Source: an uncultured Alphaproteobacteria bacterium
GTDB taxonomy: Bacteria; Pseudomonadota; Alphaproteobacteria; Sphingomonadales; Sphingomonadaceae
Direction: 5' to 3'
Length of the DNA: 64,000 nucleotides
Assembly: GCA_963765945.1 (NCBI GenBank)
Contig: CAVXYS010000013.1
Span: 60,939 to 124,938, forward strand
A model generated the notes under the pieces. It made no database searches, had not been told where the DNA came from, and worked only from the letters and a program-made list of their open reading frames with translations. The position numbers and the translations under genes are program-made. Of the stretch, positions 30,162 through 41,701 are shown in pieces; the first letter of the stretch is position 1, and every line of letters starts with the position of its first letter.

Positions 30162-31262
30162 ATGGCGAGTTCGATATCGTCATCATCGGCGGCGGGATCG
30201 CCGGAGCGAGTCTCGGCGCCGAGGTCGCCGACAAGCGGCGGACGCTGATCGTCGAAGCCGAGGACCATTGCGGCTATCATTCCACCGGCCGGTCCGCGGC
30301 CTTCTGGCTCGAAAGCTACGGCGGGCCGAAGGTGGCGTTGTTGAGCGGAGCGTCCGCGCGTTCCTCGACCATCCGCCAACCGATTTCGCCGAATCGGGCT
30401 TTCTTCACACGCGCGGGGACGTGCACGTGTCGGACGGCGACTGGCCCGAGGTGCCCGAAGGCATCATGGCGCGGCGGCTCGACCGCGACGAGCTCGAGCG
30501 GATCGTCCCGGAATCCGGCCGCGCTGGACCAAGGCATTGTTCGAGCCTGGCTGCGCCGACATCGACGTTGCCGCGCTTCACGCAGCCTATCTGCGGCAGT
30601 TCAAACTGCGCGGCGGCACGGTAGCGACAGCTTCGCGACTTGAACGCGCCGACTTCCGCGACGGCCGCTGGGTCCTGACTCTCGGCGACGGTTCCACGGT
30701 CGGCGCCGCGGCGCTCGTTGACGCCGCGGGTGCGTGGGCAGACCCCGTGGCTCGGGCCTGCGGGGTCGCGCCGCTGGGGATGCGCCCAAGCGACGGACGA
30801 TGGTCCAGCTGCGAGTCGGCCGGGTCGGGCTGAAGGATATGCCGCTGGTCGACGATGCGGCCGGCACCTTCTACTTCAAAGGCGAAGGGGACTGCTCGAT
30901 CTGGCTCAGCCCGCACGACGAGATCGCGACCGACCCGTGCGACGCCGCGCCGGAAGAGATCGACGTCGCGACCGCGATCGACCGCTTCGAGCAGGTCGTC
31001 GACTGGCCGGTCGAGCGGGTCGAGCGCAGCTGGGCGGGCTTAAGGTCGTTCGCGCCCGACCGGCTGCCCGGTCTACGGTTTCGATCCGCGCGCGCGCGCG
31101 TTTTTCTGGTGTGCGGGGCAGGGCGGGTTCGGGATCCAGACCGCGCCGGCCGCGGCCAAGCTCGCACGTTCAATCCTCCTTGATGAACCGCCGGACCCGA
31201 CGGTCGCACATATCGACGCAGCGATCTTCGCGCCGAACCGACTTCGCGATGGGGGCAACTGA
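30162..31262 (+). CDS. DAO-family FAD-dependent oxidoreductase (frameshifted)
   Basis: IIGGGIAG, GYHSTGRSAA, AAGAWAD, WAGLRSFAPDR, GQGGFGIQT. Confidence 0.9.
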
Positions 31263-32197
31263 TGAGAGTGGCGGTTCGCGCGGGCCTGACGATGGCCTGG
31301 TTCGCGGTGTTCGCGCTGGCTGGCTGCGGGAACGACGTCGACTTCGATGCCCGGGTGCCGGATCCAGCCTATGCCAAGGGCACGGGGCCGGTGGTCCTGT
31401 TCGATCAGGGGCACCATAATCGGCACGAACTCGGGGGCAGCTACAAGCCGTTTGCAACCCTCGTCGAGAATGACGGCTTCCAGGTTCGCGAGTTCAAGGA
31501 GTTCTTCACCCTCGACGCACTGAAGCGCGGCGCAATTCTGGTGATCGTCGCCGCCCAGTCGCAGACCGACACCAACGCCGAATCCGCGTTCACGACAGCG
31601 GAAATCCGGGCCGTGGCCGATTGGGTGAAGGCCGGGGGATCGCTTTTGCTGGTGACCGACCACTACCCCTTCCCCAATGCGGCGGAGGGGCTTGCCGCCG
31701 CTTTCGGCCTGGAAGTCGGCAAGGGAATGGTCTTCGACGAGCAGCACTACCGGCAGGGCAGCAAGGACGAGTTGCGGCTGATCTTCTCACGCCAGAACGG
31801 CCTGCTCGCATCCCACGCGATCACGACGGGCGCGAAGGCCGGAGACAGGGTCGACTTGGTCGAAACATTCACCGGAGATGCCTTCAAACCGCGCGATCCG
31901 TCGGCAATCGTGCTGAGGCTCGCGCCGTCCGCGCAGGTCTTTGTCGGCGTGCCCGAGATCCGGCGCAGCAGCGGCGATACCGCCGTCGACGTCAAATTCG
32001 TCAATCCGCGTTCCGGCGGCGGCTGGGGGCAGGCCGTCGCCTTTCAATTCGGCGCGGGCCGGGTGGTCGCGGTTGCGGAGGCCGCTGCGCTAACCGCGCA
32101 GGCAGACGGCGGACGCAGGCTGGGCATGAACGCCCCGGGAAACGACAACCGCATATTCGTGCTGAATATAATGGGCTGGCTCGGCCGGGCGCCCTGA
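31262..32197 (+). CDS. Lipoprotein with DUF4350/GATase-like domain
   Basis: Lipobox LAGC; VLFDQGHHN.H, WVKAGGSLLLVTDH.PF, DNRIFVLNIMGWL. Confidence 0.7.
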   Translation: MRVAVRAGLTMAWFAVFALAGCGNDVDFDARVPDPAYAKGTGPVVLFDQGHHNRHELGGSYKPFATLVENDGFQVREFKEFFTLDALKRGAILVIVAAQSQTDTNAESAFTTAEIRAVADWVKAGGSLLLVTDHYPFPNAAEGLAAAFGLEVGKGMVFDEQHYRQGSKDELRLIFSRQNGLLASHAITTGAKAGDRVDLVETFTGDAFKPRDPSAIVLRLAPSAQVFVGVPEIRRSSGDTAVDVKFVNPRSGGGWGQAVAFQFGAGRVVAVAEAAALTAQADGGRRLGMNAPGNDNRIFVLNIMGWLGRAP

Positions 32198-32656
32198 TCA
32201 GAGCCGGTGATGCTTGCGCTGCTCGTCGGCCTCGGCGCAGGCAAGGGCGTCGACCCGGTCGTTCTCGGGATGGCCGCTGTGGCCCTTGACCCAGTGCCAC
32301 TCGATCCGGTGCGGCTCGGAGGCGGCGACCAGCTCCTGCCACAGCTCGGCATTCTTGACCGGCTTCTTGTCCGACGTGCGCCAGCCGTTCTGGCGCCATT
32401 TGTGGATCCAGCGGGTGATCCCGTCCTTGACGTAGGCGCTGTCGGTGTGGAGCGCGACGCGGCACGGCCGCTTCAGCGCCTGGAGCGCGCGAATCGCGGC
32501 GAGCAATTCCATTCGGTTGTTGGTGGTCAGCGCCTCGCCGCCGAAGATTTCCTTCTCCTTGCCGCCCATGCGCAGCAGCGCCGCCCAGCCGCCCGGGCCA
32601 GGGTTTCCCCGGCATGCCCCGTCGGTGAAAATGTCGACCTTCGACAGCTCCGGCAC
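32198..32656 (-). CDS. rnhA: Ribonuclease HI
   Basis: [34 protein letters not shown]. Confidence 0.97.
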   Translation of the reverse strand: MPELSKVDIFTDGACRGNPGPGGWAALLRMGGKEKEIFGGEALTTNNRMELLAAIRALQALKRPCRVALHTDSAYVKDGITRWIHKWRQNGWRTSDKKPVKNAELWQELVAASEPHRIEWHWVKGHSGHPENDRVDALACAEADEQRKHHRL

Positions 32657-33624
32657 TAGGCGACCAGCTCGCGCGGCAGCTTGAACACCATGCGCTCGGG
32701 GCTGTGGTCGGCCTGCTCCTCGGTCACCACGAAGCGCGCGCGCAGCGCGTCGACGACCTCGCGGACCAGCAGCTCGGGCGCCGACGCGCCGGCCGTCACT
32801 CCGACGGTTTGCGGAGTCCCGAGCCACTCCCAGTCGATGTCCCGGGCGCGCTCGATCAGCCGCGCCGGCGCGCCCATCCGCTCGGCCACCTCGGCCAGGC
32901 GCAGCGAGTTGCTGCTGTTGGGCGCGCCGATCACCAGCATCCGGTCGCATTCCGGGGCGATCGCCTTGACCGCCGCCTGGCGGTTCGACGTCGCGTAGCA
33001 AATGTCCTCGCTGCGCGGCGCGCGGATCGCCGGGAAGCGCACCTTCAGCGCCGCGACGATCGCCGCGGTGTCGTCGACCGACAGCGTGGTCTGGGTGAGG
33101 AAGGCAAGGTGCGCGGCGTCCGGCACGTCGAGCCCGGCGACGTCGGCGACGGTTTCGACCAGGGTCATCGAGCCGGCCGGGACCTGGCCGAAGGTCCCGA
33201 TCACCTCGGGATGGCCGGCATGGCCGATGAACAGGATGTGCTTGCCCTCGCCGATCAGCCGCTCGGCCTGGCGGTGGACCTTGGACACCAGCGGGCAGGT
33301 CGCATCGACATAGGTGAGGCCGCGGTCCTGCGCCTCGGCGGGCACCGACTTTGGAACGCCGTGGGCCGAAAACACCACGGGCCGATCGTCCGGGACCTCG
33401 TCGAGCTCGTCGACGAACACCGCGCCGAGCTGGCGCAGGCGGTCGACGACGAAGCGGTTGTGGACGATCTCGTGGCGGACGTAGACCGGCGCTCCGAACC
33501 GCTCGAGCGCGAGCTCGACGATCTGGATCGCGCGGTCGACTCCCGCGCAAAAGCCGCGCGGGGCGGCGATCAGGACTCGCAGGGGGGGCTTGGCGGGCTT
33601 CAGTTCATCCACAGTGCAGGCCAT
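32656..33624 (-). CDS. ispH: 4-hydroxy-3-methylbut-2-enyl diphosphate reductase
   Basis: [37 protein letters not shown]; start approximate. Confidence 0.97.
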   Translation of the reverse strand: MACTVDELKPAKPPLRVLIAAPRGFCAGVDRAIQIVELALERFGAPVYVRHEIVHNRFVVDRLRQLGAVFVDELDEVPDDRPVVFSAHGVPKSVPAEAQDRGLTYVDATCPLVSKVHRQAERLIGEGKHILFIGHAGHPEVIGTFGQVPAGSMTLVETVADVAGLDVPDAAHLAFLTQTTLSVDDTAAIVAALKVRFPAIRAPRSEDICYATSNRQAAVKAIAPECDRMLVIGAPNSSNSLRLAEVAERMGAPARLIERARDIDWEWLGTPQTVGVTAGASAPELLVREVVDALRARFVVTEEQADHSPERMVFKLPRELVA

Positions 33625-33702
33625 GTAAGGCATCGCTTGCAGCCATAGAAGGGGCTTGCCATAGAACGCCGCCACACCTTTTCGCCTTCGTAAGGACCGC
33701 CC

Positions 33703-34344
33703 GTGAAGCTTCGCATTGCCGCATTTGCCATTCTGACGCTTCTCGCCGGCTGCCGGCATTCCGGCGACCTGACGGCCGAGAATGGCGGCGGCGTCTATGC
33801 GGTGCGCTCGGCCTGCCCGCTGGTCGGCGTGCCCGCCGGGACCGGCGACATCACCACCTTCAACCCGCCGAGCAGCAGCGATTCGCGGGCGATCGACGTG
33901 ACCGCCACCATCACCGACCTCCGCGCGACCTGCCAGGACGCCGGCGCCGACGTGGTCTCGACGGCGACCTTCACGGTGGTTGCGCTACGCCGCGATCCCG
34001 GACCGGCGCGCCAGGTCGTGCTGCCCTATTTCGACGTCGCGCTGCGCGGCGGCGGGATGGTCGTTGCGAAGCGCGTGGGCTCGCTCGTGCTGAACTTCCC
34101 GGCCGGAAGCGTCCATGCGTGGACCCGCAGCCAGGCGACGGTGCGGGTCAACCGCTCGGCCGCGACGCTGCCCGCCAGCGTGCGCCGGATCCTGACCCAG
34201 CCGCGGCGGCCGGGTGAAGCCGAGGCGGCGACCGACCCGCTGGCCGATCCGTCGATCCGCAACGCCGTGGCCAACGCCACGTTCGAGCATCTGGTCGGGT
34301 TCCAGATGACCCAGGACCAGCTCAAGTATAACGCGACCCGCTAA
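33703..34344 (+). CDS. Conserved hypothetical lipoprotein
   Basis: Lipobox LAGC, CP..C pair, C-terminal [13 protein letters not shown]. Confidence 0.8.
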   Translation: MKLRIAAFAILTLLAGCRHSGDLTAENGGGVYAVRSACPLVGVPAGTGDITTFNPPSSSDSRAIDVTATITDLRATCQDAGADVVSTATFTVVALRRDPGPARQVVLPYFDVALRGGGMVVAKRVGSLVLNFPAGSVHAWTRSQATVRVNRSAATLPASVRRILTQPRRPGEAEAATDPLADPSIRNAVANATFEHLVGFQMTQDQLKYNATR

Positions 34345-34451
34345 TTCCTCTCCGAGCTGGCTCGGGGAGGTGGCAGGCCGCAGGGCTGACGGAGGGGCCC
34401 CTCCACCATGCTGCGCATGGTCCCCCTCCCCAAGGCAAGCCTGGAGAGGAA
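34345..34451. repeat. Family A palindromic repeat
   Basis: TTCCTCTCC...GGAGAGGAA termini; CCCCTCCACCA[hairpin]TGGTCCCCCTCCCC core as in copies 1 and 2. Confidence 0.85.
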
Positions 34452-34544
34452 ACGTTGACTCGCGCGCGCGGGGCAGCCAAGGCCCGCGCGTCGCCGGCGG
34501 GCAAGGAACCCATCAAAGTACTACTTTGATGGAACCCCATCCGC

Positions 34545-34716
34545 CGGAGGGCCGCACGGGAGAGCGTTCTTCGATCTGATCGGAGGACCGCCGAAGGAGC
34601 AACCGCCCCCGGAATCTCTCAGGCACCAGGGACCGTGCGCGCCGGACAGTCTGGAAAGAGCCCGCGAACGCGGGCCGCCGAAGGGGCAAAGCTCTCAGGC
34701 GCAGCGACAGACGGGG
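34545..34716 (+). ncRNA. Tandem glycine riboswitch
   Basis: Two aptamers: GGAGAG...CCGAAGGAGCAA...CTCTCAGG and GGAAAG...CCGAAGGGGCAAAGCTCTCAGG, upstream of gcvT. Confidence 0.95.
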
Positions 34717-34766
34717 GCGATGCCGAACCAGTCGGGGCGGGCGTCGCTATGTCGCGGAGAGCTTGA

Positions 34767-35896
34767 ATGAATGAGAACGGCCAGGGTTCGGAAGCGCTCG
34801 ACACGCTGCCCCTCGATTGCGTGGCACCGCGCCAAGGGCGCGCGGATGGTCCCGTTCGCGGGCTACGACATGCCGGTCCAGTATGAGGGGATCATCGCCG
34901 AGCATCTCTGGACCCGCGAGAACGCCGGGCTGTTCGACGTCAGCCACATGGGCCAGCTGCTGATCCACGGCCGCGGCGCCGACAAGGCACTCGAGGCGCT
35001 GCTTCCCGGCGACTTCCAGGCGCTGGCCGACATGAAGCTTAAATATTCGCTGCTGCTCGACGACGAGGGCGGGATCATCGACGACCTGATGGTCACCCGC
35101 CGCGGCGAGGATTTCTACGTGGTCGTCAACGGCGCGACCAAGCACGGCGACATCCGCGAGCTCGAGCGGCGGCTGCCGCGCGAGGTGGTGGTCGATCATA
35201 TGAAGGAGCAGGCGCTGCTCGCGCTCCAGGGGCCGCGCGCCGCCGAGGTGCTCGAAACGATCGTCCCCGGGGTCGGCGCGTTGAGCTTCATGGACGGGCG
35301 CGCGTTCGAGTGGAACGACCAGGCGCTGTGGATCAGCCGCTCGGGCTATACCGGCGAGGACGGGTTCGAAATCTCGGTCCCCGGAAGCGCTGCCGAGGCG
35401 CTGGCCGACGCGCTGACGGCGCACGAGGCGGTCCAACCGATCGGGCTCGGCGCGCGCGATTCGCTGCGGCTCGAGGCCGGCCTGCCGCTCTACGGCCACG
35501 ATCTCGATCACCGCACCACGCCGGTGATGGCCGGCCTGACCTTCGCCATCAACAAGCGCCGCCGCGCCGAGGGCGGGTTCGCCGGGTCGCTGCGGATTCT
35601 CGCCGAGCTGCAGAACGGCGCGGTGCAGAAGCGCGTCGGCCTCGACGTCGCCGGGCGCCAGCCGGTGCGCGAGGGCGCGCTGGTCCTCGACGGCGAGGGC
35701 AATGAGGTCGGCAAGGTGACCAGCGGCGGCTTCTCGCCGTCGCTGCAGCGGCCGATCGCCATGGGCTATGTCGGGGCGCCGTTCGCCGACGCCGGGACGG
35801 CGCTGAAGCTCGAGCAGCGCGGCAAATTGTTCGACGCGACGCGTCGCCGCAATGCCGTTCGTCCCCCACCGCTATCACCGCAAGGGAGCCGCCTGA
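34767..35896 (+). CDS. gcvT: Glycine cleavage T protein (frameshifted near both ends)
   Basis: [42 protein letters not shown]. Confidence 0.97.
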
Positions 35897-36267
35897 TGAC
35901 GACCTATTTCACCCAAGAGCACGAATGGATCCGGGTCGAGGGCGACATCGCGACCGTCGGCATCTCCAACCACGCGCAGGAGCAATTGGGCGACATCGTC
36001 TTCGCCGAAGTGCCGGAAGCCGGGAAGGCGCTGAGCAAGGGCCAGGAGGCGGCGGTAGTCGAATTGGTCAAGGCCGCGTCCGACGTCTACGCCCCGGTCT
36101 CGGGCGAGGTCATCGAGGGCAACCAGGCGGTCGCCGACGACCCGGCGCTGGTCAACAGCGACCCCGAGGGCGCCGGCTGGTTCTTCAAGCTCAAGCTGAG
36201 CAATCCCGGCGAACTCGACGGCCTGATGGACGAAGCCGCCTATCGCGAGTTCGTGGCGTCGCTTTGA
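35896..36267 (+). CDS. gcvH: Glycine cleavage H protein
   Basis: [14 protein letters not shown], lipoyl-Lys in VE(L)[10 protein letters not shown]. Confidence 0.97.
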   Translation: MTTYFTQEHEWIRVEGDIATVGISNHAQEQLGDIVFAEVPEAGKALSKGQEAAVVELVKAASDVYAPVSGEVIEGNQAVADDPALVNSDPEGAGWFFKLKLSNPGELDGLMDEAAYREFVASL

Positions 36268-37014
36268 GCCAGGTTCCCGCCTCGACCAGCAAATGGGACG
36301 CCGGCGACTATGCCAAGGTCGGCGCGTTCGTTGCCGAGCTCGGCGGTGCGGCGCTCGATCTGCTCGACCCGCAGCCGGGCGAGCGGATCCTCGACGTCGG
36401 CTGCGGCGAGGGGACGCTGACCAGGAAGATCGTCGAGCGCGGGGCGACCGTGCTCGGGATCGACAATTCGCCCGAGATGATCGCCGCCGCGCGCGCGGCG
36501 GGCATCGATGCCTTGCTGCTTCCGGCCGAAAACATGACCTTCTCGGCCGAGTTCGACGCGGCTTTCTCCAACGCGACCCTGCACTGGGTGCTGGAGAAGG
36601 AACAGGCGGCGCGGGCGATCTATCGCGCGCTCAAGCCCGGCGGGCGGTTCGCCGGCGAGATGGGCGGGGAGGGCAATCTCAAGACGCTGCGCGAGGCGCT
36701 CGACTACCGAGCTGGTGATCCGCGGCTACGAGCCGCCGGTCGAGGCGACGAACTGGTATGCGTCGCCGGAAGAGTTCGCGGCGGTCTATGAGGCCGCCGG
36801 CTTCGGCGAGCTCGACGCCCGGCTGATCGAACGGCCGACCCCGATCGAGCATGGCGTCGCCGCCTGGGTCACGACCTTCCGCAAGGGCTGGCTCGACCGC
36901 GCCGGCGTGCCCGAGGACGAGCGCGCCGAGATCGGCGCCGCCGTCGCCGACCGCGTCGGCTCCAACGTCGCCGACTACGTCCGCCTCCGCTTCATCATGA
37001 GGAAGCCCGCCTGA
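36264..37014 (+). CDS. Class I SAM methyltransferase, Tam-like (frameshift near 36705)
   Basis: [36 protein letters not shown]. Confidence 0.88.
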
Positions 37015-38373
37015 TGCGTTATTTGCCGCTCTCCGACGCCGATCGCAGCGAGATGCTGCGGGTGGTCGGCGCGAGCTCGATCGACGAACTGTTCCGCGAC
37101 GTTCCGGAGGAGCTGCGGCTCAAGGGGCCGATCGCGGGGCTGCCGCCGCATGCGTCCGAGCTGGCGGTCGAGCGGCACATGACCGCGCTGTCGCGCAAGA
37201 ACATGGTCGCGGGGGACGGGCCGTTCTTCCTCGGCTGCGGCGCGTACCGGCACCACGTGCCCGCGAGCGTCGACCATATCATCCAGCGCGGCGAGTTCCT
37301 GACCAGCTACACGCCCTACCAGCCCGAGATCGCGCAGGGCACGCTGCAGATGATGTTCGAGTTCCAGTCGCAGGTCGCGCGGCTGTTCGGCTGCGAGGTC
37401 GCCAACGCCTCGATGTACGACGGCTCGACCGCGATGTGGGAAGCGATCTCGATGGCGCACCGCATCACTCGGAAGAACAAGACGATGATCTCGTCGGGCG
37501 TGCACCCGCATTACGTCCGGGTCGCCGAGACGATGGCGAAGTTCACCGAGGACGGCTGGAGACGGCGCTGCCGGAGCTGAGCGCCGAAACCGACGCCGAG
37601 CGGCTGATCGCGGGAATCGACGGCGAGACCAGCGCGGTGGTGGTCCAATATCCCGACATCCTCGGGCCGGATCGCCGACCTGGCGCCGATCGCCGAGGCC
37701 GCGCATGCCGCGGGCGCGCTGCTGATCGCGGTAGTGACCGAGCCGGTCGCGCTCGGGCTGATCCGGTCGCCGGGCGAGATGGGCGCGGACATCGTCGTCG
37801 GCGAGGGGCAAAGCATCGGCGTCGGGCTGCAGTTCGGCGGGCCCTATGTCGGGCTGTTCGCGTGCCGCGAGAAGCATGTCCGGCAGATGCCCGGGCGGCT
37901 CGCCGGCGAGACCGTCGACGCCGAGGGCAAACGCGGCTTCGTGCTGACTTTGTCGACCCGCGAGCAGCACATCCGCCGCGAGAAAGCGACTTCGAATATC
38001 TGCACGAGTTCGGTGCTTTGCGCGCTGGCCTTCACAGCGCATCTGACGTTGCTCGGGGAGAAGGGGCTGCGGCAGCTGGCGCGAGCTGAACCATGCGCGC
38101 GCGTGCGAAGCGGCGGACCGGCTGGCGGCGATTCCGGGCGTCGAGCTGGTCAACGACAGCTTCTTCAACGAATTCACGCTGAAGCTGCCGGTCGAGGCGC
38201 GGCCGGCGGTGCATGCGATGGTCGGCAAGGGGGTGCTCGGCGGCGTGTCGCTCGGGCGGCTCTATCCGGGGGTCGACGAACTCCGGAACGGGCTGGTGGT
38301 CGCGGTCACCGAGACCGTCACCGATGAGGACATCGCCGCTCTGGAAGCGGCGCTGAAGGAGGCGGTCCAATGA
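37014..38373 (+). CDS. gcvPA: Glycine dehydrogenase subunit 1 (frameshifted)
   Basis: [39 protein letters not shown]. Confidence 0.96.
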
Positions 38374-39966
38374 CCGTCAATCCTTCGGGCTGGCGGCCGT
38401 ACGACGCCGGCGAACGAAACGGGCGAAGCGCAGACCGTGACCGGCAACCGCGCGCTGATGCTCGAGGAGCCGCTGATCTTCGAAATCGGGACGACCGAGC
38501 AGACGGGCGTCGATTTCGATGCAGCGACTGGCGGCGCTCCTGGGCCCCGGCCTTCGCCGGGGAACAGGTTGGCGGGTCTCGAACGCGATCGCGCCCGATC
38601 GGCCTGCCCGGCCTCTCCGAGCCGGAGGCGGTGCGGCACTACACGCGGCTGTCGCGGCAGAATTATGCGATCGACCTCGGCCTGTTCCCGCTCGGCTCGT
38701 GCACGATGAAACACAATCCGCGGCTCAACGAGAAGGTCGCGCGGCTGCCGGGGTTCGCCGACGTCCACCCGCTGCAGCCGCAGGAGACGGTCCAGGGCGC
38801 GCTGCAGGTGGTGAGCGAACTCGCCTTCTGGCTGCTCGACCTGACCGGCATGTACGGCGTGGCGATGAGCCCCAAGGCCGGCGCTCACGGCGAGCTGTGC
38901 GGCCTGCTGTGCATCCGCGCGGCGCTCGAGGCGCGCGGTGACAAGCGCGCGGTCGTGCTGGTGCCGGAGAGCGCCCACGGCACCAACCCCGCGACCGCCG
39001 CCTTCGCCGGCTACCGGGTCGAGAATATCCCGGCCAACGCCGCCGGGCGGGTCGACCTCGCGGCGCTCGAAGGCGCGGCTCGGGCCCGACGTCGCCGCCG
39101 TGATGATCACCAACCCCAACACCTGCGGGCTGTTCGAGCCGGAGATGAAGGCGATCAGCGACGCGGTCCATGCCGCCGGCGCGTTCGTTTATTGCGACGG
39201 GGCCAATTTCAACGCGATCGTCGGCAAGGTCCGCCCCGGCGACCTCGGCATCGATGCGATGCACATCAATTTGCACAAGACTTTCTCGACTCCGCACGGC
39301 GGCGGCGGGCCGGGCTCGGGCCCGGTGGTGCTGTCCGAAGCGCTCGCGCCCTACGGGCCGCTGCCGTTCGTCGCCAAATATCCGGATGGCTCGTACAAGA
39401 TCGTCGAGGAGGAGCAGGCCGCCGACGAGCATCCCGGAGCGTTCGGCCGGATGGTCGCCTTCCACGGCCAGACGGGCATGTTCACCCGGGCCCTGGCCTA
39501 TATCCTGAGCCACGGCGCCGACGGCCTCAAGCAGGTCGCCGAGGACAGCGTGCTCAACGCCAATTATATTTTGCGGAGCCTCGAGGACGTGCTCGACGCG
39601 CCGTTCGGCAAGAGCGGGCCGTGCATGCACGAGGCGATCTTCTCCGACAAAGGCTTCGCCGGGGGCTTGAGCACCATCGACCTCGCCAAGGCGCTGATCG
39701 ACGAGGGCTTCCACCCGATGACCATGTATTTCCCGCTGGTCGTCCACGGTGCGATGCTGGTCGAGCCGACCGAAACCGAGTCGAAGGCGAGCCTCGACCA
39801 GTTCATCGCCGCGGTGCGCTCGATCGCCGAGCGGGCCAAGGCGGGCGACCAGAGCCTCAAGGCCGCGCCGGTCCACGCCCCGCGCCGCCGGCTCGACGAA
39901 ACGCTTGCAGCGCGCAAGCCGGTGCTGGCCTATCGCGACCCGGAACCGGCGCAGGCCGCGGAATGA
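38370..39966 (+). CDS. gcvPB: Glycine dehydrogenase subunit 2 (frameshifted)
   Basis: [37 protein letters not shown]. Confidence 0.96.
38540..38566. repeat. REP-like half element inside gcvPB
   Basis: CTGGGCCCCGGCCTTCGCCGGGGAACA hairpin, same layout as the right arm at 15187-15212. Confidence 0.6.
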
Positions 39967-40591
39967 CCGACGGGCGGCGCTTCTACGAGGCGCCGGCCGA
40001 GGGCGCGCGCCGCTCGGCCCCCGCGGCGTTGCGCAATCGCGAGCCGATCGCCGCCGTGCTCGCCGACTGGCTGCCGCCGGCCGGGCTGGTGCTCGAGATC
40101 GCCAGCGGGACGGGCGAGCATGCGGTTTATTTCGCGGAGCGCTTCCCGCAGCTCGAATGGCAGCCGAGCGACCTGCACCCGGACGCGCTCGAATCGATCC
40201 GCGCCTGGCGCGGCGGGGCAACCGAACCTCCGCGAGCCGCTCGTCCTCGACGCCGCATCGGACGACTGGCCGGTCGACCGCGCCGATGCGGTGCTCAGCA
40301 TCAACATGGTGCACATCAGCCCGTGGGCCGCGGCGCTGGGGCTGATCGCCGGCGCCGCGCGGCTGCTTCCGCCGGGCGCGCCGCTGATCCTCTACGGGCC
40401 GTGGCTCGACGACGCCATCCCGACCGCCGCCAGCAACCTCGCGTTCGACGCCGACCTGAAGGCGCGCGATCCCGCCTGGGGCCTGCGCCGGGTCGAGGAT
40501 TTCGCGGACGGCCGCGCGCGGCCGCTTCGAGCTGATCGAAACCCGGGCGATGCCGGCCAACAACCTGATGCTGCTGCTGCGCCGGACCTGA
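39963..40591 (+). CDS. DUF938 family SAM methyltransferase-like protein (frameshifted)
   Basis: [41 protein letters not shown]. Confidence 0.9.
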
Positions 40592-40638
40592 GCGAGACGT
40601 TAAACGAAGTTTTACCCTCCACCGGCTAATCTCCGGCG

Positions 40639-41053
40639 ATGGACGAGAGCAGCCTGAGCCAGAACCGTCGGTCGCGCCGCGCGCCGGTGCTCCTTGCACG
40701 CGAGCGTCGAGGTCGCCGGCACGCCGGAGCCGGTGAAGCTGCGCAATCTGTCCGAAGAGGGCGCGCTGATCGAAGGCGAGCGCCTGCCGCTCGAGGGCAC
40801 GACGACCTTCTTCCAGCGCAACGAGCTGCGGCTGAAGAGCCGGGTGATCTGGGTCGAGGGACGCTACGCCGGAGTGGCGTTCGCCCGGACGCTCAAGCCC
40901 GAGGAGGTGCTGCGCCACGTGCCGCAGCCGCGCCAGCGCGTCGAACAGGATTTCCGCCGCCCCGGCCTCGCCTGCCGTCCGCTCACCGCCGACGAGCGCA
41001 AGATGGTCGAGAAATGGATGGTCTCCTCGCCGACCGGAGCGCTCGGCGAATAA
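40639..41053 (+). CDS. PilZ-domain protein (frameshift near 40698)
   Basis: RRSRR then RNLSEEGA and GVAF. Confidence 0.82.
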
Positions 41054-41701
41054 TCAGCCCACGGCGCGATACTGCTCGCGCCGCTCCTGAAGCCAGGCGA
41101 CGAGCAGCGGGAGCGGCAGCACCCGGTTGAAGGTGATGCCATATTCGCCCTCGGCGCTCCACCGCACCAGCCCGGGGCAGGGGTCGAGCCCGTCGATGCT
41201 GACGACGACATCGGCGTCGACCGGAAGCTCGGTCCGGCATGCGACCTTGAGCCCGCCCTGCGAGATGTTGCTCGCGCGGGCGCGGTGGACGGTCCCGTCG
41301 ACCCGCAGCCAGGCGGTGCAGTCGACCTCGATCCGCGGCATGCGCGGGCGCGGCCCGTCGGCGGCCGTCGAGAGCAGCGCGACGACGTCGATCGGCGCGT
41401 CGAAGGTCACTCCGACGCAGTCGTCCTTGACCCACCGCACGCGGCCGTCGATCGGCTCGCCCTGCTTGAGCTCGATGGTCAGCGGCGTCCCGGACGCGAT
41501 CGCGCAATAAGCGCGGATCAGCATCCCGCCCGCCGAGACGTTGCGGACCAGGCACAGCTCGCGCCGGCCGGCGACGGTGATCGAGCCGACCCGGAGCAGG
41601 CTCAGGTGCCGTTCGCCGGACCTGCGCTCGGGCGCGGCAGTGGGCAGGGAATCGTCAAGTGAGTAGAGCGTGGTTTCAACCGGCTGTTCGTCCAAGTGCA
41701 A
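41054..41701 (-). CDS. Tandem PilZ-domain protein
   Basis: RRSGER/NVSAGG and RPRMPR/NISQGG. Confidence 0.85.
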   Translation of the reverse strand: MHLDEQPVETTLYSLDDSLPTAAPERRSGERHLSLLRVGSITVAGRRELCLVRNVSAGGMLIRAYCAIASGTPLTIELKQGEPIDGRVRWVKDDCVGVTFDAPIDVVALLSTAADGPRPRMPRIEVDCTAWLRVDGTVHRARASNISQGGLKVACRTELPVDADVVVSIDGLDPCPGLVRWSAEGEYGITFNRVLPLPLLVAWLQERREQYRAVG

